Shown here: piece by piece, positions 8,922 to 18,183 of the stretch | Numbering within the stretch: the stretch's first letter is position 1 | Layout of the letters: every line of letters starts with the position of its first letter | Source of the DNA: an uncultured Candidatus Berkelbacteria bacterium | Lineage (GTDB): Bacteria > Patescibacteriota > UBA1384 > UBA12157 > JAENIV01 | Direction of reading: 5' to 3' | DNA: 64,000 bases | NCBI GenBank assembly: GCA_963698075.1 | Contig: OY969116.1 | Location: 189,492 to 253,491 of the forward strand | Translations under genes and position numbers: made by a program | Notes under the pieces: model-generated | The model's database searches: none | What the model was told of the DNA's origin: nothing | What the model saw: only the letters and a program-made list of their open reading frames with translations

Positions 8922-9611
8922 TTAGTCGCTATTTTTTGGCCAGAAAATGCGCGAGATTTCGTATGCAAGAAATAGTGCAACAAGTATGCCAATAAAAAGC
9001 ATCATTTTATTTAAGAAAGCTAAGCCGAAAAAGTAAAAAATTAAGCCCCAAAAAGTTGACCAGAAAAATTGTCCTAAAATCATCAGAATAATAAATTTTT
9101 TAAAATTAACCTTCATAATTCCTGCTGAGATGGCGATCACGGCAGCAAGATTGGGATGAACAGCTCCCCAAATGTATATCAACCAACTTTTTTCGATTCT
9201 TTGGCGCATTTTCAGAATCGATTTTTCAAGTCCATATTTTGAAAAAAACTTTGCTCCTCCAGTAAAACCAAGATAGTAATCAAGTGATAAAGCTATGATA
9301 ATCCCCAATGTCGTCCAAATAATCACCGCTGGAAGACCAATAACTTTAGCGCCGGCTAAGGTAGCTCCGAGTAAGATGATTGAAGAACCCGGAAAATATA
9401 AACCTAAAATAATAGTAGCTTCGATTATTCCCGAAATAAAAAGTATTATTATTCCATAATCTTGATAAATACCACTAATAAACGAGAGTAGTTTCCCTTG
9501 ATCGGTAAAGTAGAAGATAATTCTCAAGATTATTAAAATTATTAAGGTAATAATTAAAATTTTTCCGAGGCCATGTTTCTGTTTCATCTTACTGCCAGTT
9601 CCAATTGGCAA
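8922..9611 (-). CDS. DedA/SNARE-associated family membrane protein
   Basis: Multi-TM protein with the DedA-like motif ...LGFTGGAKFFSKYG.... Confidence 0.6.
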   Translation of the reverse strand: MPIGTGSKMKQKHGLGKILIITLIILIILRIIFYFTDQGKLLSFISGIYQDYGIIILFISGIIEATIILGLYFPGSSIILLGATLAGAKVIGLPAVIIWTTLGIIIALSLDYYLGFTGGAKFFSKYGLEKSILKMRQRIEKSWLIYIWGAVHPNLAAVIAISAGIMKVNFKKFIILMILGQFFWSTFWGLIFYFFGLAFLNKMMLFIGILVALFLAYEISRIFWPKNSD

Positions 9612-10551
9612 AACCCCATTCCAAAAGTTTTTGGCTTTCAGCCGCTGAGGCGGTAATTGAGTTCTGATTAGTATTTAAAACGACGCTTAAAATTTCGTGG
9701 CCATCTTTTTGGGCGGCGGAAACCAAACAATGACCGGCAGCATAAGTAAAACCGGTTTTAACCCCAATTGCTAAAGGATAAAAAAACGGATCATCACTTT
9801 TAACCAATCGATTGGAACTTTTGAGGGCGTGAATAATTGAACCATCAACTGAAGTAATTGTCGTCTCGGGGGTTTTGACAATTTCACGAAAAGTTTGATG
9901 GCGTAGGGCGAAACTGGCCAAAATTGCTAAATCATGAGGAGTGGAATAGCCGGCATCATCTAAGCCTGCCGGGTCGGCAAAATGAGTATTTTCTAGGCCC
10001 AATCGCCTTGCCTTACTATTCATTCTAGCAACAAAAGCGTCTTTTCCACCAAAATAAATGGCCAAAGCAGTGGCAGTATCATTCCCGGACATAATTAAAA
10101 GTCCTTTTAGTAAATTTTCGACAGTAATTTTTTCACCGGAAACTAATTTAATGTCTGAGCCCTCGACAGCTATCATCGGATAAGTAATGCTAACAACGTC
10201 GTTGAGTTTGTCTTCGTAGTCTTCTAAAACCACCACCGCCGTCATAATTTTCGTGGTTGAGGCAATCGGCATTTTTTCGTCGGCGTTTTTGGCATACATC
10301 ACGTAAGCGCTGGAAACATCAGTCAAAATCGCGGCTTTAGCGGCAATTTGAGGGTCGGAAGCTTCCAAACTCTTCTCTGGGGGCCTTACAAGGGCTTTTT
10401 TATCAGGTTGGGGTAGATTGACTTCCTCTCCGGCTACTTTGATCAAAAAAGTCGTTTTTGCCTTTGAAACCACGTTAGTTGTAATAATTAACTGCCAAAC
10501 GAGGACGATAAAAAAAAGACCACTAATTAGCCAAATAATTTTTACCTTCAT
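9589..10551 (-). CDS. D-alanyl-D-alanine carboxypeptidase (serine-type, PBP5/6 family)
   Basis: N-terminal TM anchor; SxxK (ASTTK), SxN (SGND) and KTG (KTGFT) motifs in canonical order. Confidence 0.8.
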   Translation of the reverse strand: MKVKIIWLISGLFFIVLVWQLIITTNVVSKAKTTFLIKVAGEEVNLPQPDKKALVRPPEKSLEASDPQIAAKAAILTDVSSAYVMYAKNADEKMPIASTTKIMTAVVVLEDYEDKLNDVVSITYPMIAVEGSDIKLVSGEKITVENLLKGLLIMSGNDTATALAIYFGGKDAFVARMNSKARRLGLENTHFADPAGLDDAGYSTPHDLAILASFALRHQTFREIVKTPETTITSVDGSIIHALKSSNRLVKSDDPFFYPLAIGVKTGFTYAAGHCLVSAAQKDGHEILSVVLNTNQNSITASAAESQKLLEWGFANWNWQ

Positions 10552-11978
10552 TTTTTCTTGTCAATCTTAAGATGAAGCTCTTTTAATTGTTTTTGGTCAT
10601 CAACTTCGGCCGGAGCTTTCATCATTAAATCGCGGCCATCGCCGGTTTTCGGAAAGGCAATTGTCTCACGAATTGAATCCTCGCCGGCCAAAATCATTAC
10701 CAAACGATCCAGGCCCCAGGCAATCCCGCCATGAGGCGGCACACCATATTCAAAAGCTTTGAGTAAGTGGCCAAAACGTTCCTGAATTTCTTTTTTGTTG
10801 TAGCCTAAAACTTCAAAGACCTTTTCTAATATCTTGGGGGCGTGACTGCGAATACTGCCACCACCGAGTTCTTGGCCATTTAAAATCAAGTCGTATTGGG
10901 TAGTCCGGATGGACTCAATCTCGCCTTTGAGAAACTTTTTTTTATCTTTCTTAACCGGATCAGAAAACGGATTATGAGTGAAGGTCCAATTAGCTTCGTT
11001 ATTTTTCTCAAAAAACGGAAAATCAATCACCCAGCAGAAAGCCAATTCGTCGGCATCCTTTTTATTGCGGCGTAAATCTGGTCGATCGGTATGATATTTT
11101 TTTTGAACTTCATCGAAACTGAGTACCGGAAATAGTTCTTCGGTAAGTTTTTTGTTGGGCGTAATTTTTTTAACAATCGCCTTGCCAAGTTTTTCATTAA
11201 TTTCCATGACGTCTTTTTGTTCGGCAAAACTCATCTCCAAATCAAGTTGGGTATGCTCGGGTTGGCGATCACCGCGCGGATCTTCATCGCGAAAACAACG
11301 GGCAATCTGAAAATATTTTTCCACTCCGGCAATCATGAGGAGTTGCTTAAATTGTTGTGGCGACTGCGGCAGAGCATAAAACTTTCCCGGCTGCTGACGC
11401 GAGGGCACTAAATAATCGCGGGCGCCTTCAGGAGTCGATTTAGTCAAATTAGGGGTCTCAATTTCCCAAAAACCTTCTCTATCGAGCCAGTCGCGAATAA
11501 ATTTGATCGTTTTGTACCTGAGTTCAAGGATCTTTTGCATCCGTTCGGTTCTAAGATCCAAATAGCGGTATTCCATCCGTAAATCTTCGGCAATTTTTTT
11601 GGTATCGGTCGTCAAATCAAAAGGTGGCGTGTTGGCTTCGGCTAAGATCTCGAGATTTTCTGCCTCAACCTCAACTTTTCCGGTGGCAATTTTTGAGTTG
11701 TCCATGCCCTCCGGCCGCTTTTTAACTGTACCAGATATCGCCACGACATATTCAGGCCGTAATTTATCGGCTTTCTCATGCAATTCTCCCGAAAGAACCA
11801 CTTGGACTAAACCAGAACGATCTCTTAAATCAATAAAAATCAGTTTGCCGTGATCACGGCGGGCATGAACCCAGCCGGCCAAATTGACCTTCTCGCCGAC
11901 CATTTCAGCTGTTTGAATATTTGCTACTTTCATAAATCCCTTCTTCTTTAAGATAACATAACTTTCCACAGTTGACAA
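10548..11978 (-). CDS. aspS: aspartyl-tRNA synthetase (short form lacking the GAD insertion)
   Basis: Class II aaRS motifs FRDEDPRGDRQPE, QLDLEMSF and GGGSIR...GLDRLVM. N-terminal OB fold. Probable true start at internal MKVAN (about 11933). Confidence 0.85.
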   Translation of the reverse strand: MSTVESYVILKKKGFMKVANIQTAEMVGEKVNLAGWVHARRDHGKLIFIDLRDRSGLVQVVLSGELHEKADKLRPEYVVAISGTVKKRPEGMDNSKIATGKVEVEAENLEILAEANTPPFDLTTDTKKIAEDLRMEYRYLDLRTERMQKILELRYKTIKFIRDWLDREGFWEIETPNLTKSTPEGARDYLVPSRQQPGKFYALPQSPQQFKQLLMIAGVEKYFQIARCFRDEDPRGDRQPEHTQLDLEMSFAEQKDVMEINEKLGKAIVKKITPNKKLTEELFPVLSFDEVQKKYHTDRPDLRRNKKDADELAFCWVIDFPFFEKNNEANWTFTHNPFSDPVKKDKKKFLKGEIESIRTTQYDLILNGQELGGGSIRSHAPKILEKVFEVLGYNKKEIQERFGHLLKAFEYGVPPHGGIAWGLDRLVMILAGEDSIRETIAFPKTGDGRDLMMKAPAEVDDQKQLKELHLKIDKKK

Positions 11979-12000
11979 TTAAAAATTTTGATGATAAGAT
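11972..12000 (+). promoter_or_regulatory. sigma70-like promoter (TTGACA-17-TAAGAT) for the GC-rich ORF at 12072
   Basis: Hexamers with 17-nt spacing. Followed by a GC-rich leader hairpin CCCTCG-GGC-GAGGG and the RBS ACAGGAG. Confidence 0.4.
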
Positions 12001-12071
12001 AAAAATTCGCTAAGGATCTCCCTCGGGCGAGGGGTTCTTTGGCAGAAACTATCACAGGAGACAGTAACAGC

Positions 12072-12329
12072 ATGAAGCATCGCAAAAGCCCGGTGCAAAG
12101 ACTTGAGGAGTTCATTCTGACAAATCGTGGCACAACTGGGACACCAAGGCTCTTCGCCTTGGCTACCGGCCTCGAAGTCGAGGTCGTCGATGCGGTCCTC
12201 CAGACCATCGAGAACCGCGTCGTGATCCAATTGCGCCCAGGCATCTGGGGTTACAACCCCGCTTACCGCCACGAGCGTCAACCTGTTCCGGCAGCCGAAC
12301 TCAACGCGGTTGCAACCGTATCCACCTGA
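12072..12329 (+). CDS. small GC-rich hypothetical protein (about 85 aa)
   Basis: ATG 10 nt after ACAGGAG. About 60 percent GC, unlike the flanking aspS and pheT. No recognisable motif. Confidence 0.3.
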   Translation: MKHRKSPVQRLEEFILTNRGTTGTPRLFALATGLEVEVVDAVLQTIENRVVIQLRPGIWGYNPAYRHERQPVPAAELNAVATVST

Positions 12330-12383
12330 ACCTGAGTACCGTCCCCCTGCCACCCGGCTGGGGGACATCTGTTTATTTATAGA

Positions 12384-14297
12384 CTATTTAGACCTTAATT
12401 TTGCTTGAAATTGATCTTCGACCTTCGAAATAACGTTATTAATTATCTCTCGAGTTTCAGTTTCTGCCAGTGGTTTCTTCATCCCTTGAAGCCAAACATG
12501 GAAGGCAAGATTCTTCGTCCCATTTTTAAATAAAAATTCGTCGAATATTTCAACTAAAAGAATCTTATCGTCAGTTGATTTAATCACTTTAGCAACTTTA
12601 TCCGACCCAATCGCATCTTTGACCACAAAGGCTAGATCGCGGACAGTAGGCGCAAATTGGGAGATCGGCTGATACTTGTTTTGAGAAATCTTAAGATTAT
12701 ATTTTTGCGGCTTGATTTTAATTTCACCAACATCAACAAGAACATATATTATTGGTCGGCGGATTTTGTATAAATTAAGGACGTTTTGGGGAACTTTTTG
12801 AGTCTTTTTTTTGACTCCTAAAAACTCCAGTCGCATCTTAAGATTGATATCATCTTTGTCGGTGGTGGCAATGCCAAGTTGCCATCTCTCGGTGTTCGAG
12901 GTAAAAACTTTCTCAATTTCAAAAATATTGATTTCCGGCGCCCAAGGATTTTTCGCCATGGTAGACAAAAGCGACGGTAAGATAGAAGGTCGCAAATATT
13001 GGGTTTCCGGCGACAGAGGATTGGCAACTTCAACGCAATCTGCGATTTCAGTTTCCAAAGCCTCAATTTTATCTCGCTCGGCAAAACTATAGGAATAAAT
13101 TTCCGTGAAATTAAAATCCGCTAAATAATCCTTAATATATTCCCTCTTTTGAAATTCTTCATTTTCTGTTTGTGACCCGCCTGCCGTCGAGGCAGGTTTG
13201 ATGCTTTGGATTTGAGATTTTCTAATGTTGTTGTATCCATACGATCTCGCAATTTCTTCGGCTAAATCTTGCCAAATTTTAACGTCGTAGGCACGATAAG
13301 ATGGGACGGTCACGACGTTATCTTTTACTTCAAAACCTAATCGCTTAAGATATTCATCAGCAGTTTCTAAAGTGACATCCGTGCCGAGCAATTTATTGAC
13401 TCGATCAATATCAAACTCAATTTTGTTAGACTTTAGATTTTCTGACTTTATATCAACTAAATCGCCAATTTTAGCGTTTGGACAGGATTCTTTGATCATC
13501 GTTGCCGCCATATCGATGCCTAAAATAGTTCCTTCGAAATCAACTCCTCGTTCGTATCGATAGGAGGCATCGGTAACATGATTAAGATATTTTGAGGTTT
13601 TTCTTATGAATATTGGGTCAAAGATGGCGCCTTGTAAAACGATGGTTTTAGTCTTTTCATCAACTTCGGATTTTATTCCGCCCATAATACCAGCGAGATC
13701 ATAGATTTTTTTATTATCTTCAATAATAATGGCGCCGTCGTCTAAAACGCGATTTTGACCGTCCAAAGTCATTACCTCTTCGCCCTTTTTTGCTTGGCGA
13801 ATCCGCATTAGACCATTTTTGATTTTGTCGTAATCAAAGGCGTGCAGCGGTTGACCGGTAGCCACCATCACATAGTTTGTAATATCAACAATATTATTAA
13901 TCGGCCGAAAACCATATGTTGCCAAACGTTCTTGAACCTCTTTTAAAGACTTCCCTATCTTGATATTATCGATAATTCGCGCCGTAAACCTTCGACAAAT
14001 TTCCGGCTTTTCAATTTTAATATCAATATTTTTCTCAATCTTTTCTGTTTTAAGTTGCAGTTTTAAGTTTTGCGTTTTAAGTTTTAAGTTATATAATGCA
14101 GCTATTTCTCTCGCGATTCCTAAAATCGAAAGGCAGTCTCCCCTATTCGGTGTAATTTCTAAATCAAGCACATAATCATCGCCTATTTTTTCAACCGATT
14201 CGACTTCATGTCCAAACAAACTTAAATCCTCCGCCAGCTGCTCTGGGGTTTTATCAATCTCGACATAGTCTTTTAGCCAGTTATAAGAAATTTTCAT
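12384..14297 (-). CDS. pheT: phenylalanyl-tRNA synthetase beta subunit
   Basis: 637-aa ORF with an N-terminal tRNA-binding-like region and B3/4 and B5-like regions; located next to pheS. Contains a low-complexity KL repeat encoded by a GTTTTAAGTT tandem repeat at 14041-14100. Confidence 0.8.
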   Translation of the reverse strand: MKISYNWLKDYVEIDKTPEQLAEDLSLFGHEVESVEKIGDDYVLDLEITPNRGDCLSILGIAREIAALYNLKLKTQNLKLQLKTEKIEKNIDIKIEKPEICRRFTARIIDNIKIGKSLKEVQERLATYGFRPINNIVDITNYVMVATGQPLHAFDYDKIKNGLMRIRQAKKGEEVMTLDGQNRVLDDGAIIIEDNKKIYDLAGIMGGIKSEVDEKTKTIVLQGAIFDPIFIRKTSKYLNHVTDASYRYERGVDFEGTILGIDMAATMIKESCPNAKIGDLVDIKSENLKSNKIEFDIDRVNKLLGTDVTLETADEYLKRLGFEVKDNVVTVPSYRAYDVKIWQDLAEEIARSYGYNNIRKSQIQSIKPASTAGGSQTENEEFQKREYIKDYLADFNFTEIYSYSFAERDKIEALETEIADCVEVANPLSPETQYLRPSILPSLLSTMAKNPWAPEINIFEIEKVFTSNTERWQLGIATTDKDDINLKMRLEFLGVKKKTQKVPQNVLNLYKIRRPIIYVLVDVGEIKIKPQKYNLKISQNKYQPISQFAPTVRDLAFVVKDAIGSDKVAKVIKSTDDKILLVEIFDEFLFKNGTKNLAFHVWLQGMKKPLAETETREIINNVISKVEDQFQAKLRSK

Positions 14298-14560
14298 TGT
14301 CTTCGGTATTTATATGTAAAAATTATCATTAATAAATTTGCAAAACAGAATAGAATTTCAACAATTGTATAGGATGTATTCTTAATGGCGATGGCATATA
14401 CTAGCAGTAATATATTTCCTAGCAACCACGCATACCATGCCAAGACACTAATACCAGTTGAATCTTTTACTTTAATCAGATGATAAAACTGAGGTAAATA
14501 TGCCGTGATTCCAATGACACCACCAATAACCGCCCCAATTGCCAAGATATTTATAATCAT
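14294..14560 (-). CDS. SemiSWEET/PQ-loop family small transporter-like protein
   Basis: 88 aa, 3 TM, PQ motif (YLPQFYHLIK) after TM1. Lies between pheS and pheT. Confidence 0.5.
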   Translation of the reverse strand: MIINILAIGAVIGGVIGITAYLPQFYHLIKVKDSTGISVLAWYAWLLGNILLLVYAIAIKNTSYTIVEILFCFANLLMIIFTYKYRRQ

Positions 14561-15277
14561 TTAAAATTGCTTTAAAAATCTTAAATCTCCGCTATACGAT
14601 AATCGAATATCATCAATATCAAAATATTGCATCATATAGCGGTCAATGCCCATGCCAAACATAATTGCCTGCCATTGGTCGGGATCGATACCCATATTTT
14701 TCAAAACAATCGGATGCCCCATGCCCGAGCCGAGCATTTCCTGCCATTTTTGGATTCCATTTTGATTTTTGATTTTTGATTTTTTATTTATCAATATATC
14801 CATATCCATTCCCGGCTCGACAAAAGGATAAAGATGCGGCCTAACACGGGTTTCAATTTTATCGCCAAAAAGTTCTTTCATATAACCATCGAGTAGTCCG
14901 ATCAAATGACCCATATTCAAATCTTTATCTACGGCAATGCCGTCAATTTGGTAAAAAGTGTGTTCGTGGACTGGGTCGGTGGCTTCATGGCGGAAACAGC
15001 GGCCGGGGATAATTAATCTAAATGGTGGTTTTAAATTATTTTCTTTGACAAATCGGACATCGACGGCCGTCGTATGAGTTCTTAAAATCTTTCCATCCTT
15101 GGTCCAAAAAGTATCTTGAATATCACGTGACGGATGAATCGCGGGAACATTCAGGGCATCAAAATTAAACCACTCAGTTTCAATTTCCGGACCTTCAACA
15201 ATTTGAAAACCTCTTTCGCTAAAATAACCAAGTGAGGCACGCATAAATTGAGTTAAAGGATGTAAATGACCTTTCAT
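14561..15277 (-). CDS. pheS: phenylalanyl-tRNA synthetase alpha subunit (catalytic core only)
   Basis: Class II motifs FRLIIPGRCFRHEATD, HEHTFYQIDG and GMGIDRY. Contains an in-frame (GATTTTT)x3 repeat at 14762-14790. Confidence 0.85.
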   Translation of the reverse strand: MKGHLHPLTQFMRASLGYFSERGFQIVEGPEIETEWFNFDALNVPAIHPSRDIQDTFWTKDGKILRTHTTAVDVRFVKENNLKPPFRLIIPGRCFRHEATDPVHEHTFYQIDGIAVDKDLNMGHLIGLLDGYMKELFGDKIETRVRPHLYPFVEPGMDMDILINKKSKIKNQNGIQKWQEMLGSGMGHPIVLKNMGIDPDQWQAIMFGMGIDRYMMQYFDIDDIRLSYSGDLRFLKQF

Positions 15278-15666
15278 AAGGTTCCTCGCTGATTAATCTT
15301 TTTCGAACGAAAAAATAATTCAAGCATCCCCACCGCCAAAACAAATAATATTGCCACCCACCAGCTTAAAACTCGAATCTGTTGTAAAAAGAGCAATCCC
15401 GTGAAAGCCAAAGCGATGATTAATGATTGCCTGAGCGTCGGCACGAGGTGGGCAAAAATAACTTCGCGGTTAGAAACCCAAACTTTTAAATAAAATCCGA
15501 TCAAACTAAAAAGAGCGGCTAAAAAAAGATAAACGGCCAAGTAAAATAAGATTAACATCCAAAAGGGGATCTGGAAAGGATTGACGTTAAAGATGATAAA
15601 AACCGCGAGCCCGGCCGTTAAAATTAAGGCGGCGTAGAGACTAAAAAGGTAAAGTCTTAAAATCAT
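15274..15666 (-). CDS. hypothetical membrane protein
   Basis: About 4 TM segments. Confidence 0.5.
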   Translation of the reverse strand: MILRLYLFSLYAALILTAGLAVFIIFNVNPFQIPFWMLILFYLAVYLFLAALFSLIGFYLKVWVSNREVIFAHLVPTLRQSLIIALAFTGLLFLQQIRVLSWWVAILFVLAVGMLELFFRSKKINQRGTL

Positions 15667-15989
15667 AAATTTTCTAATATTTCTTCGACGCGGTTAATTT
15701 TTTCAAGACCTCTATCGAGCTTAAAATCTAATTTCGGCGTATATTTCATCTCAAGTTTTCGACCTAAATAATGCTGAAAATCTTTCGTTTTTGCATTTAA
15801 CTTTCTTAAAACTTCATCTTGATACTGTTTTTCTAAACAAGAAATATAGATAATCGCATTTTTGAGATCCATTGTCAAATCAACATCAATAATTGTCACC
15901 ATCCCATAATCCTCAGCCAAATTCGCTTTAATCATTCCCGCCAGTATTTGTTTTAAGAGCTCGGCAACCTTTGCCACTCTTCTTGTCAT
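15663..15989 (-). CDS. rbfA: ribosome-binding factor A
   Basis: 108 aa; RbfA-like KH fold pattern, VAELLKQILAGMIK...VTIIDVDLTMDLKNAIIYIS. Confidence 0.7.
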   Translation of the reverse strand: MTRRVAKVAELLKQILAGMIKANLAEDYGMVTIIDVDLTMDLKNAIIYISCLEKQYQDEVLRKLNAKTKDFQHYLGRKLEMKYTPKLDFKLDRGLEKINRVEEILENL

Positions 15990-16050
15990 AAGTTTAAAAT
16001 AGCATATTTAGGCCGATTTTACAAAAAAATATTAAATTTAGCCAAAAGAT

Positions 16051-16079
16051 TTGATTTTTAATAGCTGACGGGTTAAAAT
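16051..16079 (+). promoter_or_regulatory. sigma70-like promoter (TTGATT-17-TAAAAT)
   Basis: Hexamers with 17-nt spacing, about 35 nt upstream of a GGAGG RBS. Confidence 0.4.
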
Positions 16080-16115
16080 AAATTCGGGGCGCACTTACAA
16101 TCGGAGGTGAAGAGA

Positions 16116-16529
16116 ATGTTTCACTGGATGGCAATGTTGAAATCTGTTGGATTATGGATCTGGAAAGTCGTGCTGGCTGAACTTTATGCCGATTTTGTCC
16201 CTCGATGGTTGAAACGACCAGTGTTAGAAACTGATCATACTGTTGATCGGGTACTGATGCTTTCTACGGCTTTGAAACTTCCTTTCGCAATGGTTTTGAT
16301 CTATCACGCGATTACACCCCCAGTGAATCCAGCGTTTAAGCAACTGTTGGGAACTATTAGCATCTATCTTCTGATAGATTTTACCTACCAGATGTTTGAT
16401 ATAGGTTATTGCGCTAACCGGAAAATTCTGCGTCAGAGTGCCACACTAATAGTTGATGTACCATTTTATCTCTTCTGGTTTGGTTGGCGACGAGTTTTAG
16501 CAGCAGCCGCAGCTAAAATCAACGGCTAG
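16116..16529 (+). CDS. GC-rich hypothetical membrane-associated protein
   Basis: ORF after a GGAGG RBS; compositionally distinct (GC-rich). Confidence 0.4.
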   Translation: MFHWMAMLKSVGLWIWKVVLAELYADFVPRWLKRPVLETDHTVDRVLMLSTALKLPFAMVLIYHAITPPVNPAFKQLLGTISIYLLIDFTYQMFDIGYCANRKILRQSATLIVDVPFYLFWFGWRRVLAAAAAKING

Positions 16530-16550
16530 CCGACAAGGAGACGCGAAGAG

Positions 16551-16716
16551 ATGCACGCACTAGAAATCGGATTTCGAATGTTTAGCCTTGGCGCCGCGCT
16601 ATCATTTGCAGGGCTGGCGATACTGATCGCCAAATGGCCGTATTCCAAACTCGCCTTGAAAATGATACTTTCTGGAGTAATTCTAGCACTTATTGGAATC
16701 TTTGTCTGGAGGTGAG
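16551..16716 (+). CDS. small GC-rich membrane protein (about 55 aa, 2 TM)
   Basis: MHALEIGFRMFSLGAALSFAGLAILIAKWPYSKLALKMILSGVILALIGIFVWR; below the ORF-track size cutoff. Confidence 0.3.
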
Positions 16717-16721
16717 AAAGA

Positions 16722-16997
16722 ATGGACACCGCAACCAGTTTACTGGTAATCAGAAATGGTTTCTTCGTCGCGGGAACTGTTTCAGCTGGTTTAGGCCTTC
16801 TTTTCTTAGGAATATACCTTCTTTCAAATCGCTCTAAGAAATATCCCCCGTTGACCCCTAAAGGTAATTCTCGTTGGAATATCATGCGTGCTTATCTCGG
16901 GAATCGTAAATTTACTCAGATAACCGTAGACAACCCTCACCTGATCCGTATTCTTCAGCGCAGGACATTTAGTCTCTGCGCTTTTTGCGTTTTTTGA
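16722..16997 (+). CDS. small GC-rich membrane protein
   Basis: N-terminal TM hairpin. RBS GGAGG inside the upstream ORF end. Confidence 0.35.
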   Translation: MDTATSLLVIRNGFFVAGTVSAGLGLLFLGIYLLSNRSKKYPPLTPKGNSRWNIMRAYLGNRKFTQITVDNPHLIRILQRRTFSLCAFCVF

Positions 16998-17021
16998 CCT
17001 CCGCTAACGTAAACACAGCAA

Positions 17022-17046
17022 ACCCGTGGTTGCTGACCACGGGTTG
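17022..17046. terminator. GC-rich hairpin between convergent genes
   Basis: AACCCGTGGT-TGCTG-ACCACGGGTT, a perfect 10-bp stem. Confidence 0.45.
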
Positions 17047-17062
17047 AGGGATCGGATGTCTG

Positions 17063-17662
17063 TTATGTGACAAATCTGAGACGTCGGTGCAAACCATCGT
17101 AGGTGTAGTAGCGCTCAGATTCTTCGCCGAATTTGATCAAGTACAGCCGACCAAGCCAGAGGAAACCCCCGCGCTTAGTCGCTCCGACGGTCCGAGCTAA
17201 ACGGATTATATCTAACGGATCATTCTTCATCGGGTCCCTGACAACAGGGTCCCGGACGACAACGCAGGGTCGGCGAAAGCGACGTGACCGAATGTGAGAG
17301 ATGTTGGCTTGCTCAGATTGAATGGCTCCCTTAGCTTGCAGCGCACCGATAACATCCTCATTAATGCGAACCTCGATCGGTGTCTCAGAAACTTGCTCTT
17401 TAGAGACTTGAGCGAGCCGCATTAGCTGCTCGTCGAGCGAGCGAGTCGGATCGAGCAGCTGGAATGTGCCCGCCGGGTCCTGAACATGAAGTCTAATCGC
17501 CTCAACCGGAAGTTCCATTTTCTCGGCTAGGTTGCGAATGAAAACGTGAGTGTAGTAGCCGCGGCTCTCCATTTCAACTCTCGTAGTCCGGCCATCGCTG
17601 GCACGGAAGAGATATGTCACCTTTGGAGTATCAGATAGTTCCTTAGCCGGTATCTCTGCCAT
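17063..17662 (-). CDS. GC-rich hypothetical protein (199 aa)
   Basis: RBS GGAGGAG before the ATG. Contains a short direct repeat (VVVRDPVVRDP). Confidence 0.45.
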   Translation of the reverse strand: MAEIPAKELSDTPKVTYLFRASDGRTTRVEMESRGYYTHVFIRNLAEKMELPVEAIRLHVQDPAGTFQLLDPTRSLDEQLMRLAQVSKEQVSETPIEVRINEDVIGALQAKGAIQSEQANISHIRSRRFRRPCVVVRDPVVRDPMKNDPLDIIRLARTVGATKRGGFLWLGRLYLIKFGEESERYYTYDGLHRRLRFVT

Positions 17663-17735
17663 TTCTTCTCCTCCAGAAGGGTTTGTCCCGACAGGAGAAC
17701 AATATCATAATAAGAATTACTAGTCAAGACAACGC

Positions 17736-17761
17736 AAAACTCCGCCCGAAAGCGGAGTTTT
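17736..17761. terminator. bidirectional rho-independent terminator (end of the ribosomal-protein operon after rpsI)
   Basis: AAAACTCCGC-CCGAAA-GCGGAGTTTT, with A- and T-tracts on both sides. Confidence 0.7.
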
Positions 17762-17793
17762 GCTAAAAATATGATAAGGTACAAATACCTAAT

Positions 17794-18183
17794 TTACCGT
17801 TTTTGCCACTGTGGAGCCCGTCTGGCGCCCTTGAGCCCAGGTTTCTTTCTTTCCTTCATTCTTGGGTCTCGTCGCAGATATCCCTCCACTTTTAAGGTTT
17901 TATGTAGATCTCCGTTCATTTTATCTAAAGCTCGGGAGACCCCTAAACGAATCGCTTCTTCTTGAGAGACCAGACCGCCACCGTGGACTCGAGCAAAAAT
18001 ATCCACCTTTTTATCGTAACCCGTAAGCTTCAGTGGCTCGGTGTAAACACGACTAGGGTTAGCGATCTCTTGGTCATTAATTTTAACTTTACCGCTGCCT
18101 TCGGCAATTCTGACTTTGGCAACCGCTGTTTTCCTCCGGCCGATGGCAATATTTTCTTTGAGCTTAGCCATTAGCGTCTCCAT
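17794..18183 (-). CDS. rpsI: ribosomal protein S9
   Basis: C-terminal ...KKPGLKGARRAPQWQKR, the S9 signature. Confidence 0.9.
   Translation of the reverse strand: METLMAKLKENIAIGRRKTAVAKVRIAEGSGKVKINDQEIANPSRVYTEPLKLTGYDKKVDIFARVHGGGLVSQEEAIRLGVSRALDKMNGDLHKTLKVEGYLRRDPRMKERKKPGLKGARRAPQWQKR

Noticed and set aside
12811-13092. ORFs on both strands inside pheT (12811..13092 +, 12818..13084 -)
   Set aside because: The minus-strand pheT frame is the conserved protein. The others are shadow frames.
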